This document shows, piece by piece, positions 17,709 through 27,967 of a stretch of DNA of 64,000 nucleotides (the first letter of the stretch is position 1; each line of letters begins with the position of its first letter). The notes beneath the pieces were generated by a model that searched no databases, had not been told where the DNA came from, and saw only the letters and a program-made list of their open reading frames with translations. The translations under genes were made by a program, and so were the position numbers. The stretch is from Candidatus Uhrbacteria bacterium GW2011_GWC2_41_11 (GTDB taxonomy: Bacteria > Patescibacteriota > Patescibacteriia > UBA9934 > GWF2-40-263), in NCBI GenBank assembly GCA_000996355.1, contig LCAH01000001.1, positions 85,958-149,957 on the forward strand, given 5' to 3'.

Positions 17709-20700
17709 ATGAAAACACGTTTTTTCTTCATTTCTTGTTTCGTCATTCTTTTTTGGGGCATATCGGCTCAATGGTTTGATATTCCTCCGGCTTTGGCTCA
17801 AGCGATTCAAACAAATGAGGCATTTGGCGGAGTAGCCCCAGAGAGTTTTGCAGAAACAGCCGGATTAGCTGGAGGAGATATCACTCTTATTATTGCTCGG
17901 TTGATTCGAGTAGTTCTTGGAACGCTTGGGGTTGTAGCTGTGGCATTTGTTTTGTATGGCGGATTTTTGTGGATGACCTCGAGAGGGGAAGATCTAAAGA
18001 TAAAGAAAGCAAAGATGATCATGACAAATGCATTGATTGGTTTGATCATTGTTTTGTCATCGTTTGCTATTGCTCAATTTGTGATCAGTCGACTGTCTTC
18101 TGCAACAGGAGCAGGAACGACAACAGAAGGAACAGAAAAAACAACGTATAATGATGTGTTAGATGCGAGTGCAACTTTTGTTTTGCGTTCTGTGAATACA
18201 GAATGTGCTTCCGCGATTCGCAACCTTGAACTTCAATTTATTTTTAGTCAGAACGTTTCTGTTTCCACAGTGAATGATAGTGGAATTGTTGTTTCTCGTG
18301 CGGATGGAGATCCGGTTTCTGGTTCTTTTGAAACATCGGGAAGTCGTGTGACGTTTATTCCATCTGCAACATGCACAACTTCAGACGGAATTGAGGTTCA
18401 TTGCTTTGATGCAGAAACAGTTTATGAAGTGAATCTGAGTTCTGCTGTTTTGAAGAGTAGTTCCGGTCGTACGCTTGAATGTTCTGAAACATATCCCTGT
18501 CACCAAACATTTACGACTGGGTCTGGTTTCGATACGAAAAAACCAGATATCCAGATGACAAGTCCAGATGATGGCGGTTCAGCATATAGTGGCACAGCAG
18601 AACTTCTTCAGGCACTTACTTCTGATGATTCAGGTGTTTCTTCTCTTGAATTTTCTTTGGATGGAGATGCTGTGGATGTGGCTGGTCTCGATGAGAGTTC
18701 AGCTCTCGCCCTTGCCATGGAAAATATTTTTTATGGGGAGTGGGATACCGTTGGGTATGTCACAAATAAAATGTATCATTTTTCTGCGGAGGGATTTGAC
18801 TGCGGGGGAAATAGTGATACGTCTTCAGAAATCGATGTTGTTTTACGCGCTCCGAATTGTAACAATGATATACAGGATGCAGAAGATCCTTATTTTGAAG
18901 ACGGAGTTGACTGCGGAGGAAATCAATCAGATGAATATTATTGCGGAGCGTGTAATGGGTCCTCTTGTATAGAAAATTCTGATTGTGCTTCAGGGAGTTG
19001 TGCAGAAAACATTTGTGTCTATTCAGCTGAAATAGAAGCCATTTTTCCTGGAGACGGTGCTCCTGGAAACTTGATGACAATTTCTGGAAACGGATTTGGA
19101 AATACGCAAGGTACGATTCTTTTTCTTGGAAGTATTGATGATGATACAGATGATGTTTCTGTTGGTCCTTATACTGCTTGTGACGGAACATGGACCGATA
19201 ATCAAATTGTCATTCAACTTGATGAAAAAATGGTAAGTGGACCGGTCGAGCTCGTGACCTCGGATGGATTTCGAGATAGAACCGATGATGAAAATGGTCC
19301 ATTGATCAGCGATTTTGAAGTGAATACAACCGTACGTCCCGGGCTTTGTCGTGTGGATCCAGAGAAGGCGTCTGGAAAAGATACAGTCACGGTTCAGGGA
19401 AATAATTTTGGAGACAATCAAGGATCTTCAGTTTTGTATTTTGATACATCAACCGCTTCGAGTTATCCATCTTGGGCGTCAAATAGTTTGAAAGCGGTTG
19501 TTCCTCTTCTTGACACTGGCTCGTATGACCTCCAGTTATTTGGAGGGAATGGAGATACGCGAGAGGGTTCAAACAAGTTGATATTTAACATCAATTCAAC
19601 CTCATCAAGTTCGGAACCGCCAGTTATTAGCGATGTGGATACAGGAGTGAAGCGTTGTGAAGATGAAAAAGGTTTCATTTGTACAGATGATGCAGATTGT
19701 GTGGCTGGTATTCCTTGTGCAGAAGATAAAAATGCCGGTCCGATCAGTCAATATGTGACGATTTACGGTTCGCATTTTGGAACAACTCCTGGAACCGTAC
19801 GTTTTCGAAACCAAGATCTTGATCTTGTCGCTCTTGCAGATACAAATTTTCCAGACAGTTGTGGAGAGGATTTCTGGGACAATGACAGTATTCTTGTGAA
19901 AGTTCCGAAAATATATGATTTATCTGATGGACATGCACTGAATGTTGGTTTGCATGATCTTTGGGTTGTTCGAGGAGAAGATGGAACTGTTTCTGATCCT
20001 GTGGATTTTGAAGTGATTGAAGGAAAAGCTGGACCAAGTATTTGTGCGGTAGAACCAGACGCAGGTCCTCCAGGGACAGATGTTTCATTTTTTGGTGAAG
20101 AATTTGGGAGTGATAAAGGATCTGTTATTTTTTACGAAAATCAAAAAGTTTCTCCAGGGGCATGGTCTGATGAACAGATCTCTGGAACCATTCAAAATCC
20201 CCTTCAAGTTCCAACTCAAGCAAAAACAGGTCCAGTAAAAATTCAGGCAGATGATGGACAATATTCGAATTCTGTTTCCTTTGAAGTCGGAATGTGTGAC
20301 GTTGATTTTTCTTGTGGAAGCGGACAGGAGTGTTGTGCGGATGGAGCATGTCGAATTGAGGAAACATGTAAGGAATCTATTCCTGTTTCCCATTACGCAT
20401 ACTTTTTTTCCACAGGAGACATTCCGGAAGCTCCGGAAGTGATTATTGAATGTAGTGATACGTATATTTCTCCAACTCCATGGGAATTTTGGGAAGGAGG
20501 AACAGATGTTTGTTTGACCGCAGCCGTTGCTGCATCTTTTTCCGAACCCATGGATACAAAAACATTTACTTCTTCAACTATTTCCGTTGAAAAGTGTCTT
20601 TTAGCGAATTGTGATTCAACAACTGCTGTGGAGATGTCTCCAAAAGGAAATCCAACAAGCATGGCCGAAACATCTTTTTTCTGGGAACCAGCTCAGGATT

Positions 20701-23700
20701 TTGAGCCTGAAACACGTTATCGTATAACTGTGAAAGGTGGAGAGAATGGCGTGAAGAGTGTACAAGGAGTTGCTATGGAAAAGGATTCGCAGTGGGAATT
20801 TGTTACAGCTCCTTCTGGAAATGAATGTACGATTGGCGGAGTGTATTTGACGCCTGCAAAATTTACCGCAACAGAAAAAGAACAACGTGTTCAATATACT
20901 GTTGCGCCTATTTCAGATGAATATCAGTGTCTTCTTTTAAGTTGTACAAATCATCAATGGACATACAATAGCAGTGATCCTTCAAAGGCAGATTTTGCCG
21001 AATTTGAAAATGCTTGTTCTTTGAAAGTGGCTGTTCATAAGGAAACAAACCCTGGGGTTCCTGTGGTGATTACTTCCTGGTTGTATGATAATGGAAATTT
21101 GGGTCCAAATGATACCGCAGATTTGACAATCAATTTTACGGATCCAAAAATTATTGACTTCTGGCCTGGTTGTGATTCCGTTTGTTTAAATGCTTCTGTT
21201 TCAGCTGTCTTTAATATTGACATGAAAGATGAATTTTCTGGATTTGAAATAGGGGGAGATCACATGGTTCGTCTGTATGAATGTGAAGATCCTGGGTGTA
21301 CATCAGATGAATTAACAGAAGTCAATGATCGTTCTGTTACATATGATTTGGAAACATTCACTGTTACCATTCGTTCGAATACGGATTTGAAGACGGATAC
21401 TTCTTATCGAGTAGTTTTTTCAGGGGAATTAACATCGACCAGTGATGTTTCTCTTTCGAAATCTGCTTCTGATCTCGCCTACGGAGACGATTTTTCGTGG
21501 ATTTTTACAACAAAAGATGAAGCGTGTGCAGTCAATCGTGTGGAGGTTACTCCTGAACAAGTGACCCTTACTATTATTGGCGAACGTCAAACATTTCAAG
21601 CAACGCCGTATAGTGCTCCAGATGATTGTTCGGAAAACGGTCAGGCATTAAACGGAGATCATTATCAATGGTCTGCTTGGACCGCGGAAGATGTGGAAAA
21701 TAACGTGGAAGACGCAGATGTCGTTCAGCTCATGGTAGATGGAAAAATTCGTGTAAGCGAAACATTTCCAGCTTACTGTTCAAGTTCTTCTTGCAATACC
21801 ATTGGATCGAATACCCCGGTGGCTATTTGCGGAAATAACACGGTTCATTGTACGACCGATGCAAATTGTGTTGCGTATGGAGCAGACGCAACTTGCAATG
21901 ATTTTGGTCAATGTGTGGAACCGGGGGAAGATTGTGATGACGGAAATGTCACGGAAAATGACGGTTGTTCTTCTATTTGTCTGACAGAAGGAGTGACAGC
22001 ATGTGTATCTTTGACAGACGTTGGTTGTTGTGGGAACGGAGTGCGTGAAGGACGGGAGGAATGTGATGATAAAAACACAAAAAATGGAGACGGATGCTCA
22101 AGTGTTTGTTTAAATGAGGGAGCAAAGGCTTTGAAATATGATTGTGGAGATGGAAAAGTGGCACAAAGTGCATCAACAGGAGGAGAAGAATGTGATTGGA
22201 AAGAGGAAAATGATGTGTATGGTTGTTCTTCCAATTGTTTGAATGTTGGTTCGATTTCCAAAGAAGATCTTTATGCAATTTGTGGAAATGGGGCGCAGGA
22301 AAACGGAGAAGATTGTGATGATAAAAACACAAAAAATGGAGACGGATGTTCGTCTACTTGCCAAAATGAGGGTTCTTCGTCTTCCTATAGTTCTGTCTGC
22401 GGAAACAATAAAATAACCTGCCATAAAAATGTAGATTGTAGTTCATATGGAAGTGGAACACAGTGCAATGTATTAGGGCAATGTGTGCAAACAGGAGAGG
22501 ATTGTGATGATGGAAATATAGAGGACGGAGATGGGTGTTCTTTTAACTGTCTGTTTGAGGGTTCGAGTGTGGAATATACAAATCCGTCTATTTGCACGGA
22601 CGGAACAATTGGAACAGGTGAAGCATGTGATGCGGAAGAAGTAGGAACAGTGATTGCCGGTTTTGGAGTGGCAGAAATAACCACAGATGCTCCGGAAGAG
22701 GTTACAATAAGCGGAACAGGAACAGCATCTTCAACCGTGACAGCTACAGAAGGAACAAGTGGAGTGACTGGTTTCGCGACAGTGACACTGGAATGTTCTT
22801 GTACGTCTGATGTTTCGTGTGGGGATGCTGAGGTATATGGATGTGGAGACGCGAATTGTTGTTTTGAACGTCCGCATATTCTTCTTCCAACGACTCCAGC
22901 AAATGGAAAAACAGATGTCTGTCGCAACACAGCAGTAGCTGTTGATTTTGATCAAATCATGGATGAAACGTCTTTTAAACAGACGATTGGTGAAGGAGAA
23001 AATCAAACCGTGGAATTAAACATGTATCTAGAACTCACGGCTGTGAATGGAACAAAAATAACAGATGCAAATGCTACAACTCTTTGTCCAGCAAGTTATC
23101 ATAAGGAAGTTGCATTTGCAGATGAATTATCCAATCCACTTGTTCGAATCTGGGATTGGCTTGTTCGCGGAGTGGCAAAATTGTTCAATCATGTTTATGC
23201 AGCAGAAATATCTTGTCAGCTAGCTGTTTCATATTCCATAGAAAAAACAGATACCGGTTCCAAAGTCTATGTAAACTATGGAGAAGCTCTTCAAGCGAAC
23301 GGAACGTATCGTTTGATTGTGATGGGTGATTCGGATGATTTAGATGGAAAATCAGATGGAGTGAAAAGTACATATGGTGTTGCTCTTTTGGAAGACATAT
23401 CAACAACATTCACGGTAGGAAATGAAATTTGTGCATTGGAAGCAGTTCAAGTGACAGATGAAGGAAAAGAAATTGTGACTGAATTTGATGATGCAAGTTC
23501 CGGATTTTTTAGCGAACAAGGAGAACAACACACCCTGACAACAACCGCTTTTACTCTTCATGGTGCAAATCAGGAAGAAATTCAGGAGATTGCCGGTGTA
23601 TATGATTGGAATTGGTCTTGGGATTCGACATCTTCAGATACTGAGGCAGATAATGCTGTCTCTGTGACAAAAGCGGACACAACACAAACAACAGCTGTTG

Positions 23701-26700
23701 GCGTAGCAAATGGAAAGGAAAACGGAATAGCTATAGCAACAATTACCACAGACGTTGTGGGAAAATCTGTCGGTTCTGAGGTATCCGGCACTGTTTCTCT
23801 TACCGCATTTTTGTGTGAAAATCCTTGGCCAAATCCAGAGGAAACAATTTTTCCTTTTGCCGATACAGCAGAGGCAGGTTTTGATTTTAATTTGAGCTCT
23901 CCTTATACAAATTTTTCCTTTTCCTATTGTCGTGATATGGAAGGAAAAAATACAACACTTCCAGAGCTTCGAGTTGTTGAGACGCCTCAATCTCCTATTT
24001 CAGAAATTTATAAAGAAATTCTTTTCCTTGTTGAAGGAACGAACGATGCAGTCGGTGTTCGTGTTTTTTCCAATGAGAAGTATTTATCCCCAAATGAATG
24101 GTATAAAGATCAGGCATTTACAGGTTCACCAACATCAACACTGTTTGATGGTTATGAGGCGATTCAGGATGGAGATACCTATTATGTGGTTGCGGCGAAC
24201 CAGGATGGAGATACCATTTATCCAAATATTTATGTGATTTCGGTTAATGAAGATGCCGGAGACGAAACAAAACAGATCATGAGTCAAATTCTTAAGAACT
24301 GGTTATTCAATGCCAATAGTGATGTGGTGACCGATTTGAACGTGTGTCGTACTGGTTCAGAGTATCTTACCGATTCAGTGACGGGAGGTTTTGTTTCATG
24401 TGATTGGGATCAAGATTGTCGTCAGGTTACCTATAGTGATAGTTCCTCCGCAGTCGTTCCGGATGGATGGTGTGATGCGCAGAAAGCCAAGTTATCGAGA
24501 GATATGCGTCGTTTGACAGATATTAAAACGATAGAACAGACACTTGATTCGTATGGAGATATTCATCGGCATTGTTCAGCAACGTACAGTCAGGCATGTG
24601 GCACGGATGATGATTGTTCAGGAGATGAAATATGTCTTGCTAATGTCCCTTTAATTCAGAGCGGTTCATTTCTGCGTGCATTTACAACAAGTACCTGGCC
24701 GTCCTGGTCAGCCGTTCTTGCAAATGAACTCGGAACGTCTCTTCCGCAAGATCCAATCAATATATTTGTAAGTTGTCCGGATGGAACTCAAGAAACGTAT
24801 TGTTGGGATGGTACACAAGGAATTTTTCAGTGTCAGGAAGGGTCCCATGCATATCTCTTTCAGAGTGTTGCAGGAGAAAGTTATAATCTTTATGCTCAAC
24901 TTGAAATGGATGAAGCAGATTGGGTCTACAATATAGATGATGACGCGACAGATAATGCCAACATTTTTGTAGAGTATGCACAAAGTTCAAATCCCGATGG
25001 GTTTTATCGGGATAGTGAAATGTGTAGCGGGGTTTTGATAGGAAGTTCAGCAAGGTGTGGGGATGGAGTTTTGGCAACAACAGAAATGTGCGAAATTGGT
25101 CAATCAAAAACAAAAGAATGCGACGCAAATGGAGACGGTGATATGGATGGGACTATTTCTTTAGCATGTATCAATGATGGAGGAATATGTCGATATCAAA
25201 CATCATCTGATTCGAATCTCTCTGAATGTATTTTGTATGAATGTGGCAATGGAGTGATGGATCCGGGAGAAACGTGCGATGATGCAATTTTGAATGGGAC
25301 GTATGGTTTTTGCGATGAAAATTGTTCACTTGCAGGTGCATTTTATTGTGGGGATGGCAGTATAGCCGGAGGAGAAGAATGTGACTGTGGAAGCAATACA
25401 GACACAATGGACACCGGTTCCTGGTCATCGATTCATTGCAGTAAATCAAATGGACAATATACCACGAATCCAGATGGTGGATGTGCGTTTGACTGCACAT
25501 TTCCTGGTCCTTCATGTGGAGATGGAGAAATAAATGGCGATGAAGCGTGTGATGGGGATTATAAGTCTTGGTCTGGCAAACTCTGCGGATCCGCGGATGC
25601 GTATGTCTCTTGTGAAACGGATACTGAATGTATGGATACGGAATGCGGTGATGGTGGATCGTCGTGTCCTATGTCTTCGATTTGTGTCGGGGGAAGTAAT
25701 GCAGGTGCAGCATGTACAGATTCTTTGGATTGCAACAGTGGCGACTGTTCTGATATCACCTATCAGCTTGTTCGATATCGAAGTTGTGACGATTCCGACG
25801 CAACTCCAACGTGCACTTGGAATCAGACAACAAATCCAGGAGATTGGACGGATTGCGTAGGAGGAAATCAATATTGCGGAAATGGAGTTCAGGAAGGAAA
25901 AGAAGAATGTGATGATGGAAATACGGATAACAGTGATGCGTGTACAACTTTATGTAAAATAAATGTGTGTGGAGATGGACATTCGTATAATGGTGTTGAA
26001 ACGTGTGATGAGGGCGACCAAAATGGCGTTGTTTGTACAGCCGATTATCAAGATACTTGTGCGTACTGTACGGTCTCATGTCAATACACAGTTGTTTCAG
26101 GGGCTTATTGCGGCGATCAGGTAATTGAAGAAGAAACAGAATATTGTGATGGAACTTCTGTTTCAAAATTCTGTTTTAAACCGCATGATACTCCGGACGA
26201 ACGTGATGTGACTGGAATGTGTGAAACGGATGCAGATTGCAATGTAAACGCAGGGTATACCTGTGAAACAACAGGTGTTTGTGATGGTGGCTCTCATTTG
26301 TTTGGAAGCGGAGATACAGCGACCTATGCAGACTATAATGGTCTTCCGTGTGTAAGCGGAAGTATAGAGTTTGACGAACGTTGCGGAACAACAAATAGTG
26401 GAACAGGAACATCTGAAGGGGTGTGCGTAGCGCCTGAATGTGCCAGTTCATGTTTTTCTTCTTGTCCTTATACATACGAACAATCTTCTATCTTGATTCA
26501 GACAGAGCTTTCAAATGCAACACAACAAACATCCGCTGACCTTTATAGTTATCTCTCAGGTCAGAGTCCGGACACAGCGCTGCTTTTTTTGCCAGCATGT
26601 ACCGTTGGAACTCAGTTAATGGCTGATATTGATATGTCTGATGTCGAACCTCCGACGGTAGATATTGTATTTGTGACAGATTTGTCTGGAAGTATGACCA

Positions 26701-27965
26701 CGGTGTTGGATACAAAAACAGGAGATAACCGTATTCAAGTGACGGTTGATTCTATGACGCAGGCTATTCAGGATTTATTCGATGATTATGGAGGTAATTC
26801 AGCAAATATGCGTATCTCCACAGTGAGTTTTACTGATTATTTGTCTGATGGTGTTGATACAGATGGAGAAAACGGAATTACAGACAGTGACGGATGTATT
26901 CAAGACACAAAAGATGGTGATGCTCTTGCGTGGATTGATCATGGGCTTGGTTCATCAACGGGAGAAAATGACATGTTATACAATGCGGAAACCGGTGTGG
27001 AAACATATGTAGCACGCGCTCACGGATATACCCCTACTGCTGCCGGACTTAAATGTGCTGATAAGGTTTTACAAAATTCTGATGCTAATTATAAAGTAAT
27101 TGTTTTGTTGAGTGACGGAGAACCAACCATTAATCTTGCTGGAGTGATCAATACATCTACACCAGAATCGAATGTCCCAGAAGTTGTATCTGTGCGCGAT
27201 CAGATGATATCCAAAGGAATTCATATATTTACAGCAGCCTTAACGACAAATACAGATCTTGTCGGATACATGGCTCACTTTTCAAGTGATGTTTGCGGAA
27301 CATGTGATGCGTGTGAATCATCATGTGAAACAAGTTGTGCCTCCGAATGTTCGGGTGAAAGTGCAACAGATCAATCATGTGTTGATGACTGTGAAGCAAA
27401 TGGAGATCTGTGTCTGGAAGATTGTGCAACGGATGTAGATTGTGATGTCGATTGCGACGGTATGGTCGGATCAGCCTTGAGTGCATGTTTAGGAGCGTGT
27501 ACTTCTGCAGTTAATTGTGTAGATACGTGTGAAAAGACCATCAAGTCATGTAAGGACTTGTGTACACCGACGGATGAGGAATGTGAGGATTCTTGTGTAG
27601 ATACATGTACATCTTCATCTTGTGAAGGATCCTGTCTTTCTTACGAAGATGTTAATGATTGTAAACCAAGAGAATCAGTTGAATATGCCTATTCTGCATC
27701 TACCGCAGAAGATCTTGAAACAATGTATCAGACGATCGTGGACAGTATTCTTGGTGTGACTGTTGGATTTACAACGGATTTTGCCGGACAGACGACCTTG
27801 ACATCTGGAGTGGTTGCTGACGGAGATAATGTCATAATGCCGTTTCCAGAAGGATTTGATTGCCGCACAACTGGTGCATGGACCATTCCATTCCGAATAA
27901 GTTTTGCAGGAACAGGGGTTGTTCATATCAGTGATATTTCTTTGAATTATTGTCCGATAGATTAA
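17709..27965 (+). CDS. Giant (3418 aa) cell-surface protein: signal peptide, TrbC/VirB2-like pilin module, IPT/TIG repeats, Myxococcus-type cysteine-rich repeats, vWA domain, Cys-rich C-terminus
   Basis: Uninterrupted 10.26-kb ORF. The N-terminal module ITLIIARLIRVVLGTLGVVAVAFVLYGGFLWMTSRGEDLKIKKAKMIMTNALIGLIIVLSSFAIAQFV is paralogous to the 15846 gene. Four IPT/TIG-like units (IFPGDGAPGNLMTISGNGFG, VQGNNFG, IYGSHFG, FFGEEFG). At least eight repeats of CGNGxxExGEECDDGNxxxGDGCSxxC. A vWA with MIDAS DLSGSM...SDGEPT near the C-terminus, then a Cys-rich tail. Confidence 0.85.
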   Translation: MKTRFFFISCFVILFWGISAQWFDIPPALAQAIQTNEAFGGVAPESFAETAGLAGGDITLIIARLIRVVLGTLGVVAVAFVLYGGFLWMTSRGEDLKIKKAKMIMTNALIGLIIVLSSFAIAQFVISRLSSATGAGTTTEGTEKTTYNDVLDASATFVLRSVNTECASAIRNLELQFIFSQNVSVSTVNDSGIVVSRADGDPVSGSFETSGSRVTFIPSATCTTSDGIEVHCFDAETVYEVNLSSAVLKSSSGRTLECSETYPCHQTFTTGSGFDTKKPDIQMTSPDDGGSAYSGTAELLQALTSDDSGVSSLEFSLDGDAVDVAGLDESSALALAMENIFYGEWDTVGYVTNKMYHFSAEGFDCGGNSDTSSEIDVVLRAPNCNNDIQDAEDPYFEDGVDCGGNQSDEYYCGACNGSSCIENSDCASGSCAENICVYSAEIEAIFPGDGAPGNLMTISGNGFGNTQGTILFLGSIDDDTDDVSVGPYTACDGTWTDNQIVIQLDEKMVSGPVELVTSDGFRDRTDDENGPLISDFEVNTTVRPGLCRVDPEKASGKDTVTVQGNNFGDNQGSSVLYFDTSTASSYPSWASNSLKAVVPLLDTGSYDLQLFGGNGDTREGSNKLIFNINSTSSSSEPPVISDVDTGVKRCEDEKGFICTDDADCVAGIPCAEDKNAGPISQYVTIYGSHFGTTPGTVRFRNQDLDLVALADTNFPDSCGEDFWDNDSILVKVPKIYDLSDGHALNVGLHDLWVVRGEDGTVSDPVDFEVIEGKAGPSICAVEPDAGPPGTDVSFFGEEFGSDKGSVIFYENQKVSPGAWSDEQISGTIQNPLQVPTQAKTGPVKIQADDGQYSNSVSFEVGMCDVDFSCGSGQECCADGACRIEETCKESIPVSHYAYFFSTGDIPEAPEVIIECSDTYISPTPWEFWEGGTDVCLTAAVAASFSEPMDTKTFTSSTISVEKCLLANCDSTTAVEMSPKGNPTSMAETSFFWEPAQDFEPETRYRITVKGGENGVKSVQGVAMEKDSQWEFVTAPSGNECTIGGVYLTPAKFTATEKEQRVQYTVAPISDEYQCLLLSCTNHQWTYNSSDPSKADFAEFENACSLKVAVHKETNPGVPVVITSWLYDNGNLGPNDTADLTINFTDPKIIDFWPGCDSVCLNASVSAVFNIDMKDEFSGFEIGGDHMVRLYECEDPGCTSDELTEVNDRSVTYDLETFTVTIRSNTDLKTDTSYRVVFSGELTSTSDVSLSKSASDLAYGDDFSWIFTTKDEACAVNRVEVTPEQVTLTIIGERQTFQATPYSAPDDCSENGQALNGDHYQWSAWTAEDVENNVEDADVVQLMVDGKIRVSETFPAYCSSSSCNTIGSNTPVAICGNNTVHCTTDANCVAYGADATCNDFGQCVEPGEDCDDGNVTENDGCSSICLTEGVTACVSLTDVGCCGNGVREGREECDDKNTKNGDGCSSVCLNEGAKALKYDCGDGKVAQSASTGGEECDWKEENDVYGCSSNCLNVGSISKEDLYAICGNGAQENGEDCDDKNTKNGDGCSSTCQNEGSSSSYSSVCGNNKITCHKNVDCSSYGSGTQCNVLGQCVQTGEDCDDGNIEDGDGCSFNCLFEGSSVEYTNPSICTDGTIGTGEACDAEEVGTVIAGFGVAEITTDAPEEVTISGTGTASSTVTATEGTSGVTGFATVTLECSCTSDVSCGDAEVYGCGDANCCFERPHILLPTTPANGKTDVCRNTAVAVDFDQIMDETSFKQTIGEGENQTVELNMYLELTAVNGTKITDANATTLCPASYHKEVAFADELSNPLVRIWDWLVRGVAKLFNHVYAAEISCQLAVSYSIEKTDTGSKVYVNYGEALQANGTYRLIVMGDSDDLDGKSDGVKSTYGVALLEDISTTFTVGNEICALEAVQVTDEGKEIVTEFDDASSGFFSEQGEQHTLTTTAFTLHGANQEEIQEIAGVYDWNWSWDSTSSDTEADNAVSVTKADTTQTTAVGVANGKENGIAIATITTDVVGKSVGSEVSGTVSLTAFLCENPWPNPEETIFPFADTAEAGFDFNLSSPYTNFSFSYCRDMEGKNTTLPELRVVETPQSPISEIYKEILFLVEGTNDAVGVRVFSNEKYLSPNEWYKDQAFTGSPTSTLFDGYEAIQDGDTYYVVAANQDGDTIYPNIYVISVNEDAGDETKQIMSQILKNWLFNANSDVVTDLNVCRTGSEYLTDSVTGGFVSCDWDQDCRQVTYSDSSSAVVPDGWCDAQKAKLSRDMRRLTDIKTIEQTLDSYGDIHRHCSATYSQACGTDDDCSGDEICLANVPLIQSGSFLRAFTTSTWPSWSAVLANELGTSLPQDPINIFVSCPDGTQETYCWDGTQGIFQCQEGSHAYLFQSVAGESYNLYAQLEMDEADWVYNIDDDATDNANIFVEYAQSSNPDGFYRDSEMCSGVLIGSSARCGDGVLATTEMCEIGQSKTKECDANGDGDMDGTISLACINDGGICRYQTSSDSNLSECILYECGNGVMDPGETCDDAILNGTYGFCDENCSLAGAFYCGDGSIAGGEECDCGSNTDTMDTGSWSSIHCSKSNGQYTTNPDGGCAFDCTFPGPSCGDGEINGDEACDGDYKSWSGKLCGSADAYVSCETDTECMDTECGDGGSSCPMSSICVGGSNAGAACTDSLDCNSGDCSDITYQLVRYRSCDDSDATPTCTWNQTTNPGDWTDCVGGNQYCGNGVQEGKEECDDGNTDNSDACTTLCKINVCGDGHSYNGVETCDEGDQNGVVCTADYQDTCAYCTVSCQYTVVSGAYCGDQVIEEETEYCDGTSVSKFCFKPHDTPDERDVTGMCETDADCNVNAGYTCETTGVCDGGSHLFGSGDTATYADYNGLPCVSGSIEFDERCGTTNSGTGTSEGVCVAPECASSCFSSCPYTYEQSSILIQTELSNATQQTSADLYSYLSGQSPDTALLFLPACTVGTQLMADIDMSDVEPPTVDIVFVTDLSGSMTTVLDTKTGDNRIQVTVDSMTQAIQDLFDDYGGNSANMRISTVSFTDYLSDGVDTDGENGITDSDGCIQDTKDGDALAWIDHGLGSSTGENDMLYNAETGVETYVARAHGYTPTAAGLKCADKVLQNSDANYKVIVLLSDGEPTINLAGVINTSTPESNVPEVVSVRDQMISKGIHIFTAALTTNTDLVGYMAHFSSDVCGTCDACESSCETSCASECSGESATDQSCVDDCEANGDLCLEDCATDVDCDVDCDGMVGSALSACLGACTSAVNCVDTCEKTIKSCKDLCTPTDEECEDSCVDTCTSSSCEGSCLSYEDVNDCKPRESVEYAYSASTAEDLETMYQTIVDSILGVTVGFTTDFAGQTTLTSGVVADGDNVIMPFPEGFDCRTTGAWTIPFRISFAGTGVVHISDISLNYCPID

Positions 27966-27967
27966 AT

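Noticed and set aside
17807-27486. Dozens of ORFs of 60-140 aa on the opposite strand or in other frames inside the giant gene (e.g. 21908-22261, 22385-22930, 25512-25871)
   Set aside because: They lie wholly inside a 10-kb ORF with coherent domain structure. Their translations are low-complexity (His/Leu/Ser-rich) with no start signals. They are the expected by-product of a long, repetitive coding region.
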